A stretch of DNA of 64,000 nucleotides from an uncultured Trueperaceae bacterium (GTDB lineage: Bacteria; Deinococcota; Deinococci; Deinococcales; Trueperaceae): NCBI GenBank assembly GCA_963727505.1, contig CAVSGP010000004.1:640001-704000 (forward strand), given 5' to 3'. Below, in pieces: positions 19,132 through 28,152 of this stretch. The notes under the pieces were generated by a model. That model was not told the origin of the DNA and made no database searches. It saw nothing but the letters and a program-made list of their open reading frames with translations. Numbering within the stretch: the stretch's first letter is position 1; every line of letters starts with the position of its first letter. A program made the translations under genes and the position numbers.

Positions 19132-20001
19132 TCAGCGGCGGAAGGTGACGGTCGCCCGCACCCCCTGCCAGGTGACGGTGATCGGCCGGTAGAGGTCGAA
19201 CCAGGGTGGGAGGAGCAGGACCGCGGCCGCCGGGGCATCGGGGCCGACACGCGTGCTCGAGCCCTGCACCATGCGCATGCGGTAGGGGTAGCGGATCGGC
19301 AGGCTACGGCCATCCTGCTCCAGCACGAAGGTCGCGTCCCACGTGCTCGGCGCCAGCGACGACACCAGCACCAGCAGGGGTTTGTCGCTCCCGATGCGCT
19401 CCAGAGCCCCGTCGATGGCGTCCCGCTGCGAAGGCCGCACCAGCGGCAGCAGATCGAGGTCGGCGACCAGGACCGCGACCCCGTCGCCCCCCGTGGCGTC
19501 CGCCGCGAACAGGCGAAGCCCCGGGACGCCGTGGCCGAGATCGTCGACCTCGCTGCGGCCGCCGCTCCCCGCCACCGCTGGCGACGGCACCGCCAGCGCC
19601 ACCGTGCGCCCGCCGGGGAGGACGAGGCGTTCTCCCTCCAGTCGGATGCCGAGCGTATCGAGCGCGTCCGTAGGCAGGTACCAGGTCCCGTCGCGAAGCA
19701 GCGCCGGGGCGGACAGGCTGAGGGTGCTGGAGCTCGTGGCGCCCGCGGCCTGCCACAGCGCGTCGGGCGACCCCGCGAAGACGGTGAGCGTGCCCGCCAC
19801 GGCGCGCCACGTCAGGCTGCCCTCGCCGGTCACCAGGATGTCTCCGAGGGCCCGCGCCACGGGCGCCGCCGGCGTGTAGAGCGTCCCCGCCACGCGGACG
19901 GCCGCCACAGGGTCGGCCGCCACGGGGTCGGCGCGCGCGACGCCGAGCGCCGCGCCGGCCACCAGCGCCAGAACGAGGAGAGCGAGCCGGGTCGGGCCCA
20001 C
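19132..20001 (-). CDS. Secreted hypothetical protein with copper-amine-oxidase N-terminal (stalk)-like domain
   Basis: Signal-like RLALLVLALVAGAALGVARA; GTLYTP..VARALG..LSAPALLRDGTWYLP pattern; TAGGCT -10 before GTG. Confidence 0.55.
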   Translation of the reverse strand: MGPTRLALLVLALVAGAALGVARADPVAADPVAAVRVAGTLYTPAAPVARALGDILVTGEGSLTWRAVAGTLTVFAGSPDALWQAAGATSSSTLSLSAPALLRDGTWYLPTDALDTLGIRLEGERLVLPGGRTVALAVPSPAVAGSGGRSEVDDLGHGVPGLRLFAADATGGDGVAVLVADLDLLPLVRPSQRDAIDGALERIGSDKPLLVLVSSLAPSTWDATFVLEQDGRSLPIRYPYRMRMVQGSSTRVGPDAPAAAVLLLPPWFDLYRPITVTWQGVRATVTFRR

Positions 20002-20111
20002 GCCGCCGAGCCTAGCATGCGCCGACGGCGGCTCCGCGAGCGACCCGCGAGGACGCAACGCGCCGCCGACGGGGTCGTAGGGAGGCCGCACCAGGGGGGT
20101 CGCGCTGCGCG

Positions 20112-20176
20112 GGGTCGCACTCGCGGGTCGCGCTCGGGGGTCGCACTCGCGGGTCGCACTCGGGGGTCGCGCTCGC
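20112..20176. repeat. Five tandem 13-bp units GGGTCGC(A/G)CTCG(C/G)
   Basis: Units start at 20112, 20125, 20138, 20151, 20164; degenerate unit near 20097. Confidence 0.9.
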
Positions 20177-20215
20177 GGGAGGGGCGCGGGGACCGATGCG
20201 CCAGAACCGATGCGC

Positions 20216-20447
20216 TAGAATGGACGCAGTGAGCACGGTACGAACCTCACCGGGCGCGGGCGGCGGTCTCCTCTGAGACCCGGCACGGTCACCTTGCTTT
20301 GGTCCCCCTTCGACAATCCTTGCCGGCCGGGCTCCGGCCGATCCTCGCCCGCCCTTGGCGGCGGCGAGCGGGCTCGTTCGCCGGAGCGCGCCTCACGCCA
20401 CGCCACCGAAGGCCCTAGGAACGCCCTCTCGGAAAGGAGCAGCCGCT
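20216..20447 (+). promoter_or_regulatory. hflX promoter and structured leader with uORF (putative attenuator)
   Basis: TAGAAT 20216-21; GTG uORF 20229-20276; overlapping alternative hairpins 20252-20382; SD AAAGGAG 20433-39. Confidence 0.5.
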
Positions 20448-22151
20448 ATCGACAAGGTCCACGGTAAGCTCTCCGGCCTGAAGGTCGGACAGATCAAACG
20501 CCTGGGGAACCTGTACCGGCGTCGCGTCCCGCCCGACGCAGCCGTCACCAACGACCTGGCACGCGCGCTGACCGCGCTCAGCGCCGACATCGGCCGTCAG
20601 GTGAGCGTGTTGGTGGACCGGCGCGGGCGGGTGGTGACGGTGGCTGCCGGGGATGCGATCGACACACCCCTGCCTCCGCCCTCGGGGGAGGTCACGTCGC
20701 GCCTGTACGGGCTTCGACTCATCCACACCCACCTCAAGCCCGTCGGGCTCAGCGGCGACGACCTGACCACGCTCTTCCTGAACCGGCTGGACGCCGTGAT
20801 GGCGATCGAGGCGAAGAGCGACGGCCTGCCGGGGATTGCCCACATGGCGCAGGTGGCGCCCCCGACCAGCGAGCACGAGGACTGGATCCTCGACCCGCCC
20901 ATGACCGTCCCCGAGCTCGAGCGCATCGACTTCACCGAGCGTCTGCACGCTCTCGAGGAGGAGATGGCGCGACAGGTGCAGGCCCGCGAGGTCGCGCGCA
21001 GCAGTGCCGAACGTGCCGTGCTGGTGGGCCTGGAATCGGGCGAGGGCCTCATCGAGGCCGAGTCGCGCCTGGAGGAGCTGGCGGAGCTGGTTAGCAGCGC
21101 GGGCGGAACGGTGGCCTGGAGCAGCCTGCAGCAACGGAGCCACGCCGACCAGAAGACGCTGGTCGGCCGCGGCAAGCTCCATGAGCTGGTCTCCAAGGCC
21201 TACCACGAGGACGCCGACCTTATGGTCTTCGATCGCGAGCTCTCCCCTGCCCAGGCCCGTGAGATCGAGGGGCTCACCCACCTGAAGGTGTTGGATCGCA
21301 CCCAGGTGATCCTCGACATCTTCGCGCAGAACGCACGGGGCCGCGAGGCGCAGGTACAGGTCGAACTGGCGCAGCTCCAGTACCAGCTCCCGCGGCTCGC
21401 CGGTCGCGGCCGCACCATGAGCCGGCTCGGCGGTGGGATCGGCACGCGGGGCCCCGGCGAGACCAAGCTCGAGGTCGACCGGCGGCGCATCCGCGACCGC
21501 ATCGTCAGCCTCGAGAGCGCCGTCGACGAGATCAGCCAGCGCCGCACCGAGACGCGCAAGAGCCGCACCGAGGCCAGCACCCCGGTCGTCGCGCTGGTCG
21601 GGTACACCAACGCCGGCAAGTCGACGCTGTTCAACGCCCTGGCCAAGTCCGACGCCATCAGTCGCAACCGGCTCTTCGCCACCCTGCGGCCGACGACGCG
21701 CGAAGGCTGGCTCCCGGCACTCGGCGAGTGGGGCGGCAAGGTGCTCTACACCGACACGGTGGGGTTCATCCGCGATCTGCCCGAGGAACTGGTCAATGCC
21801 TTCCGGGCCACGCTGGAGGAGCTGCACGACGCTGATCTATTGCTGCACGTCGTCGACGCCGCATCACCCGGAGCGCCGGAGCGAGTGGACGCAGTCCAGC
21901 GCATCCTCGACGAGCTCGGGCTGAAGCCCCCTCGCCGCGTGGTGCTGAACAAGACCGATGCGGCGGATGCGGAGGTCTTGACGGGCCTGTTGCAACGCTT
22001 CGACGCCACCGGCGTCTCGGCGCGGACGGGCGAGGGGCTCGACGCGCTGAAGGCGTCCCTGGCGCGCGCGCTCGAGGGCGCACGTCACGTGCCGCTGCCC
22101 GACGACCCGGCGCAGGCCTACGGTTGGGCGTCGGCCCGCAACGGCGACTGA
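20448..22151 (+). CDS. hflX: GTPase HflX, long N-terminal form, probable ATC start
   Basis: DRTQVILDIF, QVELAQLQY, GIGTRGPGETKLE, GYTNAGKST, DTVGFI, NKTD. Confidence 0.93.
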   Translation: MDKVHGKLSGLKVGQIKRLGNLYRRRVPPDAAVTNDLARALTALSADIGRQVSVLVDRRGRVVTVAAGDAIDTPLPPPSGEVTSRLYGLRLIHTHLKPVGLSGDDLTTLFLNRLDAVMAIEAKSDGLPGIAHMAQVAPPTSEHEDWILDPPMTVPELERIDFTERLHALEEEMARQVQAREVARSSAERAVLVGLESGEGLIEAESRLEELAELVSSAGGTVAWSSLQQRSHADQKTLVGRGKLHELVSKAYHEDADLMVFDRELSPAQAREIEGLTHLKVLDRTQVILDIFAQNARGREAQVQVELAQLQYQLPRLAGRGRTMSRLGGGIGTRGPGETKLEVDRRRIRDRIVSLESAVDEISQRRTETRKSRTEASTPVVALVGYTNAGKSTLFNALAKSDAISRNRLFATLRPTTREGWLPALGEWGGKVLYTDTVGFIRDLPEELVNAFRATLEELHDADLLLHVVDAASPGAPERVDAVQRILDELGLKPPRRVVLNKTDAADAEVLTGLLQRFDATGVSARTGEGLDALKASLARALEGARHVPLPDDPAQAYGWASARNGD

Positions 22152-22219
22152 CCGCCGGTAGCTGGGTGCGGCGGCGTACGTGAAGCGCTGCGCCGTGCGG
22201 CCGGCGGTACCATGGCCCC

Positions 22220-24106
22220 ATGGATGACGGCGACCTCCACGACCTTCAAGGGTTGAAGGACCTGCGTGGCTTCCTGGCATTCCTTGAACGCCGCGGCGAG
22301 TTGGTGCGCGTCCGCGAGAGCGTGTCCGCCGCCTTCGAGATCACCGAGATCGCCGACCGCGTCGTGAAGCGCGGAGGACCTGCCCTGCTGTTCGAGAACG
22401 TCGAGGGCAAGGACATTCCGGTCGCCATCAACCTATTCGGCACCCGCCAGCGCACCGCCTGGGCGCTGGGCGTGGCGTCGCTCGACGCCATCGCCGACCG
22501 CATCCGCGGCCTGCTCGACGTACGCCTGGGCGGTGGCCTGCTCGGGCTCATGTCGAACCTGCCCAAGCTGCGCGAGGTCGCGTCGCTCCCCGCCAAACGA
22601 GTGCGCAACGCGCCCGTGCATCAGGTGGTGTGGCAAGGCGATGAGGTGGACCTGGCGCGTCTGCCGGTGTTGACCTGCTGGCCCAACGACGGCGGCCCCT
22701 TCGTGACACTCCCGCTGGTGGTGACGCGCGATCCCCTGCGAGGCGACGTGAACGTGGGCATGTACCGGATGCAGGTCTTCGACCGGGCCACCACCGGCAT
22801 GCACTGGCAGCGTCACAAGACCGGCGCGCGCCACCTCGAGAGCGCCCGCCAGGCGGGCGAGCGGCTCGAGGTGGCGGTGGCGCTGGGGGGAGATCCGGCG
22901 CTCACCTATGCCGCCACGGCGCCGCTCCCAACGCTTCCCGGGCTCAACGAGTACGCACTCACCGGCTTCCTGCGGGGGCGTTCGCTCGAAGTGACGCCGG
23001 GTCTCACGGTCGATCTCGACGTACCCGCCCACGCCGAGTTCGTGATCGAGGGCTACGTGGACCCCGAGGAGCCCTGGCGGCCCGAAGGTCCCTTCGGCGA
23101 CCACACCGGCTTCTACACCTTGACCGACCTCTACCCGGCGTTTCACGTCACCGCCATCACGATGCGCCGCGATCCCATCTATCCGGCCACCATCGTGGGT
23201 CGCCCCCCCATGGAGGACGCCTACCTGATCGAGGCCAGCGAACGCATCTTCCTGGTGCCCGCCCAGGTGGTGATGCCCGAGCTCGTCGACTACCACATGC
23301 CGCCGGCCGGCATCGCGCACAACCTGGTGAACGTCCGCATCGACAAGCGCTACCCGGGGCAGGCCTACAAGGTGGCGAACGGCCTGCTGGGCCTCGGGCA
23401 GATGATGTTCGCCAAGGTCCTGCTGGTTTCGGACGACGACGTGGCCGTCACCGACACGCTGGCGTTCTGGCGCGCGGTGCTGGCGCGAGCGCTGCCCGGC
23501 CGGGACGAACAGTTCGCGCGTGGCCCGATCGACGTGCTGGACCACTCCAGCCGCTCCTGGAGCTTCGGCTCCAAACTGGTCATCGACGGCACGCGCAAGC
23601 ATCCGGAGGAAGGCGACGAGGTGGCCTGGACCCCGAACGAGGAGCGGCCGGCGAGCGCGCTGCCGCACCACGCCGAGATCGCGGGGCAGCACCAGCTCGC
23701 GGGGGGGTTCTGGTTCATCACCACCCGCAAGACCCGGGCCGACCAGGGGCGCCACCTGGGCGAGTGGGCTGCGCGCCAGCCGGCCTGCCGCGGCGTGCGG
23801 TTGATCGCCGTGCTCGACGACGAGACCGATCCCGCCGATTTCGACGACTGCATCTGGACGCTCCTGAACAACATCGATCCCGAGCGCGACGTGCAGGTGG
23901 TGGACAGCTTCGCGGGCGTGCCGGTGTACGTCATGGACGGCACACCCAAGCTCGCCGAGGAGGGATTCACGCGGCCCTGGCCCCAGAAGATCCGCATGTC
24001 CGACGACGTCAAGCGGCGCGTCGGCCCCATCGTGGATCGGCTCGATCTTCCCGCCGAACCCGCTCCGGGCGACGAGCGGGACGCCGCGCTCGAGCGCGAG
24101 GCCTGA
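22220..24106 (+). CDS. UbiD-family decarboxylase (menaquinone/futalosine-pathway type)
   Basis: GGPALLFEN, NVGMYRMQ, PEGPFGDHTGFY, GRPPMED, GLGQMMFAK. Confidence 0.85.
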   Translation: MDDGDLHDLQGLKDLRGFLAFLERRGELVRVRESVSAAFEITEIADRVVKRGGPALLFENVEGKDIPVAINLFGTRQRTAWALGVASLDAIADRIRGLLDVRLGGGLLGLMSNLPKLREVASLPAKRVRNAPVHQVVWQGDEVDLARLPVLTCWPNDGGPFVTLPLVVTRDPLRGDVNVGMYRMQVFDRATTGMHWQRHKTGARHLESARQAGERLEVAVALGGDPALTYAATAPLPTLPGLNEYALTGFLRGRSLEVTPGLTVDLDVPAHAEFVIEGYVDPEEPWRPEGPFGDHTGFYTLTDLYPAFHVTAITMRRDPIYPATIVGRPPMEDAYLIEASERIFLVPAQVVMPELVDYHMPPAGIAHNLVNVRIDKRYPGQAYKVANGLLGLGQMMFAKVLLVSDDDVAVTDTLAFWRAVLARALPGRDEQFARGPIDVLDHSSRSWSFGSKLVIDGTRKHPEEGDEVAWTPNEERPASALPHHAEIAGQHQLAGGFWFITTRKTRADQGRHLGEWAARQPACRGVRLIAVLDDETDPADFDDCIWTLLNNIDPERDVQVVDSFAGVPVYVMDGTPKLAEEGFTRPWPQKIRMSDDVKRRVGPIVDRLDLPAEPAPGDERDAALEREA

Positions 24107-24136
24107 GCTTCCGGTGGGACGCCGCGCCGCCGGCGA

Positions 24137-24988
24137 TCAGCGCCGCGCCGCCACCGCGGCGACGAGGAAGAGCGCAGCCTGCACGAGCACGATGGTCGAC
24201 CCGCTGGGCACGTCGACCAGGTAGGAGAGCGCCAGCCCCACGACGGTGCTGAGCACCGCCAGCAGCACACTCAGTACGGTCATCTGCGCCAGCGACCGCG
24301 CCAGGAGCCGAGCGCTCGCCGCCGGGATCACCAGGTAGGCCGCCATCAGGATGATGCCGACCACCACGGAGCTGACCGCGATCACCAGGGCGGCGCACGC
24401 GAACAGCAGGTACTCCAGCAGGCGGGTCGGCACCCCATCGGTGCGCGCCAGCTCGTCGTCGAAGGTGGCGTACCCCAGACGCCCCCAGAGCCCCAGCAGG
24501 AACGTCACTGCCAGCGCAGCCACCACCGCGATGGCGACCAGGTCGGGGCGGGTGACGGCCAGGATGGAGCCGAACAGCAGGTCCATCAGGGACAGCCCGA
24601 GGTTGACGTCGGGCGGGATGATCGAGAAGAAGAGCACGCCGAGCGCCACCGACACGGCGAAGAACACGCCGATGGCGGTGTCGCTGCTGAGCTGGGTGTG
24701 TTCCCGCACCCAGGCGATCGCCAGCGCGGCGAGCAGGCTGAACGGCGCCGCGATCCACAGCGGGTGTTGCAGTAGGCCCACGCCGCTCGCCAGGAGGCCG
24801 CTGGAGACGATGACGAAGGCGCCCAGGCCCATGCCCCCGAAGGCGGCGTGCGCCAGCCCAGCCCCCAGGAACGACAGTCGCCTCTGGACAACGAACACGC
24901 CGAGAAGTCCGGCCATCACGGCGATCAACACGCCCGCCGCCAGCGCCCGCTGCATGAAGGCGAGGTGCAGGGCGTCCGTGAGGCTCAC
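24137..24988 (-). CDS. Zn/Mn ABC transporter permease (ZnuB-like)
   Basis: FMQRALAAG, LAHAAFGG, LLFGSIL, VVGIILMAAYLVIPAASA. Confidence 0.9.
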   Translation of the reverse strand: MSLTDALHLAFMQRALAAGVLIAVMAGLLGVFVVQRRLSFLGAGLAHAAFGGMGLGAFVIVSSGLLASGVGLLQHPLWIAAPFSLLAALAIAWVREHTQLSSDTAIGVFFAVSVALGVLFFSIIPPDVNLGLSLMDLLFGSILAVTRPDLVAIAVVAALAVTFLLGLWGRLGYATFDDELARTDGVPTRLLEYLLFACAALVIAVSSVVVGIILMAAYLVIPAASARLLARSLAQMTVLSVLLAVLSTVVGLALSYLVDVPSGSTIVLVQAALFLVAAVAARR

Positions 24989-25030
24989 GGTTCGCCCTCC
25001 CCGTCGCGCCGGGGGTCGGGGGGCCTGGGA

Positions 25031-25795
25031 TCAGAACGCCAAGGCATGGTGGTGTCCAAGGTGACCGAAGGCGCGCTCCAGGCACGATTCGCACAGCACT
25101 TCGTCGGGGGTGCCGAAGCCGTGGACCTGGCGGTTGAGCACCAGCACCCGGTCGGCGTGGTAACGCGCGGCCGCCAGGTCATGGGTCACCATCACCACGG
25201 TGGCGCCGGTATCGCGCTGGTAGACCTCCAGCAGGTCGTAGAGGTCGTGCTCGGCCAGGAAGTCGACCCCCGTCGCGGGCTCGTCGAGCAACACCAGGTC
25301 GGGCCTGCGGGCGAGCGCCCGGGCCAGATAGACGCGCTGCAGCTCCCCGCCGGACAAGCGGGCGAGTTGCCGCCGCTCCAGGTGCTCTGCCCCCACCCGT
25401 GCCAGGGCCGCGCGCGCCTGCTCGCGCTCGGCCGCGGCGATGCGGACGGGCCAGCGACGTCGCAGACCGGTGGCCACCAGCTCGAGCGCGATGGCCGGGA
25501 AGGTGCGGTCGAAGGTCTTGAGCTGGGGTACGTACCCGATGCGCTCGGGTCCGGCGCCCGCGTCCAAGCCGAAGAGCGCGGCGTGACCGCTCTGCGGCAC
25601 CACCAGCCCGAGGGCGACCTTCACCAGCGTCGACTTGCCGGCGCCGTTGGGGCCTACCACCGCCAGGAAGCACCCGGGGGCCAGCTCGAAACTGACGTCC
25701 TGCAGCACTGTCGCCTCCCCCAACCGGACGGTCACGCGGTGCATGTGCAGTGCGGAGGGTGCCGCTCCGGGCGCTCCGGGCGCTCCGCCGGTCAC
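25031..25795 (-). CDS. Zn/Mn ABC transporter ATPase (ZnuC-like)
   Basis: GPNGAGKST, IGYVPQ, LSGGELQRV, LLDEP, VTHD; C-terminal CESC..HLGHHH. Confidence 0.88.
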   Translation of the reverse strand: MTGGAPGAPGAAPSALHMHRVTVRLGEATVLQDVSFELAPGCFLAVVGPNGAGKSTLVKVALGLVVPQSGHAALFGLDAGAGPERIGYVPQLKTFDRTFPAIALELVATGLRRRWPVRIAAAEREQARAALARVGAEHLERRQLARLSGGELQRVYLARALARRPDLVLLDEPATGVDFLAEHDLYDLLEVYQRDTGATVVMVTHDLAAARYHADRVLVLNRQVHGFGTPDEVLCESCLERAFGHLGHHHALAF

Positions 25796-25850
25796 CGCTT
25801 CCGCTCCCAGCGCTGCTCCGACGAGCACGTACCGTCGCGCGAGGCAAGGA

Positions 25851-25907
25851 AACGAGAATACGTTCTCATTAGGGCTCCACTGTACTCGCGCGCGCCCGCA
25901 CTGCCAA
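25851..25907 (-). promoter_or_regulatory. Sigma70 promoter with downstream Fur/Zur-like palindrome
   Basis: Minus strand TTGGCA-17 nt-TACAGT (25907-25879); AACGAGAA-tacg-TTCTCATT at 25851-25870. Confidence 0.6.
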
Positions 25908-25948
25908 GCCCCCGCGACACCGGGCACCGTCCCAGGCCCCCAGCACGA

Positions 25949-25984
25949 CGGCGGCCGCCCGGGTAGCTACCCGGGCGGCCGCCG
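25949..25984. terminator. Perfect 36-bp GC-rich palindrome downstream of rpmB
   Basis: CGGCGGCCGCCCGGGTAG|CTACCCGGGCGGCCGCCG; no U-tract. Confidence 0.5.
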
Positions 25985-26018
25985 CTCGCAACGCCGTGCG
26001 AGGCGTCGAAGGCTTGCG

Positions 26019-26264
26019 TCAGAGCTTGTTGGGGTTCACGAACAGGGTGGGATCGAGCTGCCGAAGGGCCTTCGCGCTGATCCAGACCTTCTGGGGCTTG
26101 CCGTCGACCCACAGGGTCTTCTTCTGCAGGTTGGGCTTCACCTGGCGCTTGTGCACACCCACCTGCTTCACGCCAACGCCGCCCCGCTTCTTGGGCGAGC
26201 CCTTGCGCTTGCTGGTGGTGGTGCTGTGCGTCTTCTTCCCGGTAATGGCACACACACGCGGCAT
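26019..26264 (-). CDS. rpmB: 50S ribosomal protein L28
   Basis: MPRVCAITGKK...GGVG...KRQVKPNLQKK...ISAKALR; SD GGAGG. Confidence 0.9.
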   Translation of the reverse strand: MPRVCAITGKKTHSTTTSKRKGSPKKRGGVGVKQVGVHKRQVKPNLQKKTLWVDGKPQKVWISAKALRQLDPTLFVNPNKL

Positions 26265-26553
26265 GTTCACGTCCTCCGTCGCGTCGTTCTGGCGTTGACG
26301 TCGCGTTCATCTCCAGGGCCGCGCGCCGCTCCGTGGGGTGCTCCTCGCATGCTCCCGTGCGGTGCTAGCGCGAACCCAAACACTCGATAGTAGCACACCC
26401 CTCGCCCACCCTTCCAGGTGCCCGCCCTCCGAGACCCCCCGCACCGCCCTCCGGGAGCGCGTCCGCACGCGCCACACGGCATGATCGTGACGCCGCCCAA
26501 CCCGCGCCCCGCGGCGTCGCACGCGGGACCGCATCAGCCCATAGAATGCCCGC

Positions 26554-27087
26554 ATGACGCGCGACGAACTGGCCGCCCACATCCACCGCCGCTCGCTGCT
26601 GCACGGCCACTTCGTGCTGCGCTCGGGCGCCACCAGTGACCGCTACTTCGACAAGTACCTCTTCGAGTCCGACCCCCGGCTGCTCCGGGCGATCGCCGAG
26701 GCCATGGCTCCGCTGGTGCCGAGCGGGATCGACGCCATCGCCGGGCTCGAGCTCGGCGGCGTCCCACTGGCAGCCATGCTCTCCCAGCTCACGGGCCTGC
26801 CCACCCGGTTCGTGCGCAAGCAGGCCAAGGAGTACGGCACGTGCCGCCTGGCAGAGGGGGGCGACATCGAGGGCCAGCGCCTGCTGGTGGTCGAAGACGT
26901 CATCACCTCGGGCGGCCAGGTGGTGCTCTCCACCCGGGATCTCCGCGCCCTCGGGGCGAGCGTCGAGCATGCGCTGTGCGTCATCGACCGGGAAGCCGGC
27001 GGCACGGCCCACCTGGAGGAGGCCGGCGTCCAGCTCACCCCCCTGTTCACCATGAGCGCCCTGGAGAGCGCCGCGGGCAGCGCCTGA
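26554..27087 (+). CDS. pyrE: Orotate phosphoribosyltransferase
   Basis: GHFVLRSG..SDRYFDK, VRKQAKEYG, VVEDVITSGG. Confidence 0.88.
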   Translation: MTRDELAAHIHRRSLLHGHFVLRSGATSDRYFDKYLFESDPRLLRAIAEAMAPLVPSGIDAIAGLELGGVPLAAMLSQLTGLPTRFVRKQAKEYGTCRLAEGGDIEGQRLLVVEDVITSGGQVVLSTRDLRALGASVEHALCVIDREAGGTAHLEEAGVQLTPLFTMSALESAAGSA

Positions 27088-27126
27088 GCGCGGGGATCGC
27101 GGCGACCGGAGCGCTACCATCGGCCC

Positions 27127-27489
27127 ATGGCAGATTCCGAGCGTTCCACCGACACCCTGTTCGAACGGATCGTGCGCCGCGAGATCCCGGCCGACATCGT
27201 CTACCAGGACGATCGCGTCACCGCCTTCCGCGACATCCGACCGCAGGCGCCCGTACACGTGCTGATCGTTCCCAACGAGCGCATTCCTACCGCCGCCGAC
27301 GTCACCGACGACGACGAAGGGGTGCTCGGGCACCTGCTGGTGGTGGCCGCACAGGTGGCCGAGCAGGAGGGGCTGCACAAGGGCTACCGCCTGCTGGTGA
27401 ACTGCAAGGAGCACGGCCACCAGGAGGTCTACCACCTCCATGTCCACCTGCTCGGCGGGCGGCCGCTCGGACCCATGCTCTGCCACTGA
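27127..27489 (+). CDS. Histidine triad (HIT/HinT) protein
   Basis: [26 protein letters not shown]. Confidence 0.92.
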   Translation: MADSERSTDTLFERIVRREIPADIVYQDDRVTAFRDIRPQAPVHVLIVPNERIPTAADVTDDDEGVLGHLLVVAAQVAEQEGLHKGYRLLVNCKEHGHQEVYHLHVHLLGGRPLGPMLCH

Positions 27490-27542
27490 GGCGGCGACCT
27501 GCGACACGCCGGGCGCCCGCCGGCGCATGCTAGCTTCGAGGC

Positions 27543-28151
27543 ATGCATGGCCTCGCGCTCGTCGGACACGCGCTCACCCTCGACCGCCAGGCCTTCGTCC
27601 TGCTCGACCAGGGCGCGGCAGGGCTCCGGCTATCGCTGGCGGTGGTGTTCGTGGCGGGTGTCTCCGCCGCTGCCGGTCAGAGCGTGGCGCTGTTCGTCAA
27701 CCGCGTCGCGCCGCGCCGCTTCGTGCTCAGCCTGCTGCTCTCGGGCGCGGTGTACACGCTGGCCTACCTGTTCTGGTCGACGTCGCTATGGCTCATCGCG
27801 GTGCACGTCTTCGGTCACCCTCGTCCCTACCTCAACGCGCTACGCACCGTGGGGCTGGCGTACAGCCCGCAACTCTTCGGGTTCCTGGTGCTGACCCCCT
27901 ACTTCGGGTCCTTCATCTCCGCCGCCCTGTCGGTGTGGAACCTGCTCGCCATCGTCGTGGCCACCCGCGCAGTGTTCCACCTCACGACGCTCGAGGGGGC
28001 GGCGAGCGCGGCGCTCGGTTGGATCCTGCTGCAGCTCCTGCAGCGCACGATCGGCCGGCCCGTGCTCGGCCTCGGGCGGCGCTTGCGCGTCGCCGTCGCC
28101 GGGCGGCGCCTCATCTCCTTCGACGAAGCGCTCGAGGAGGGCGAGGCTTAG
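27543..28151 (+). CDS. Yip1-like multi-pass membrane protein
   Basis: About 5 TMs; GQSVALFVNRV, RTVGLAYSPQLFGFL. Confidence 0.55.
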   Translation: MHGLALVGHALTLDRQAFVLLDQGAAGLRLSLAVVFVAGVSAAAGQSVALFVNRVAPRRFVLSLLLSGAVYTLAYLFWSTSLWLIAVHVFGHPRPYLNALRTVGLAYSPQLFGFLVLTPYFGSFISAALSVWNLLAIVVATRAVFHLTTLEGAASAALGWILLQLLQRTIGRPVLGLGRRLRVAVAGRRLISFDEALEEGEA

Positions 28152-28152
28152 C

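Noticed and set aside
20112..20176. Possible CRISPR array
   Set aside because: Units abut with no spacers and there are no cas genes
20229..20400. 6S RNA or a known riboswitch
   Set aside because: A long stem is present, but I recognise no 6S central bubble or aptamer consensus; an Rfam search is needed
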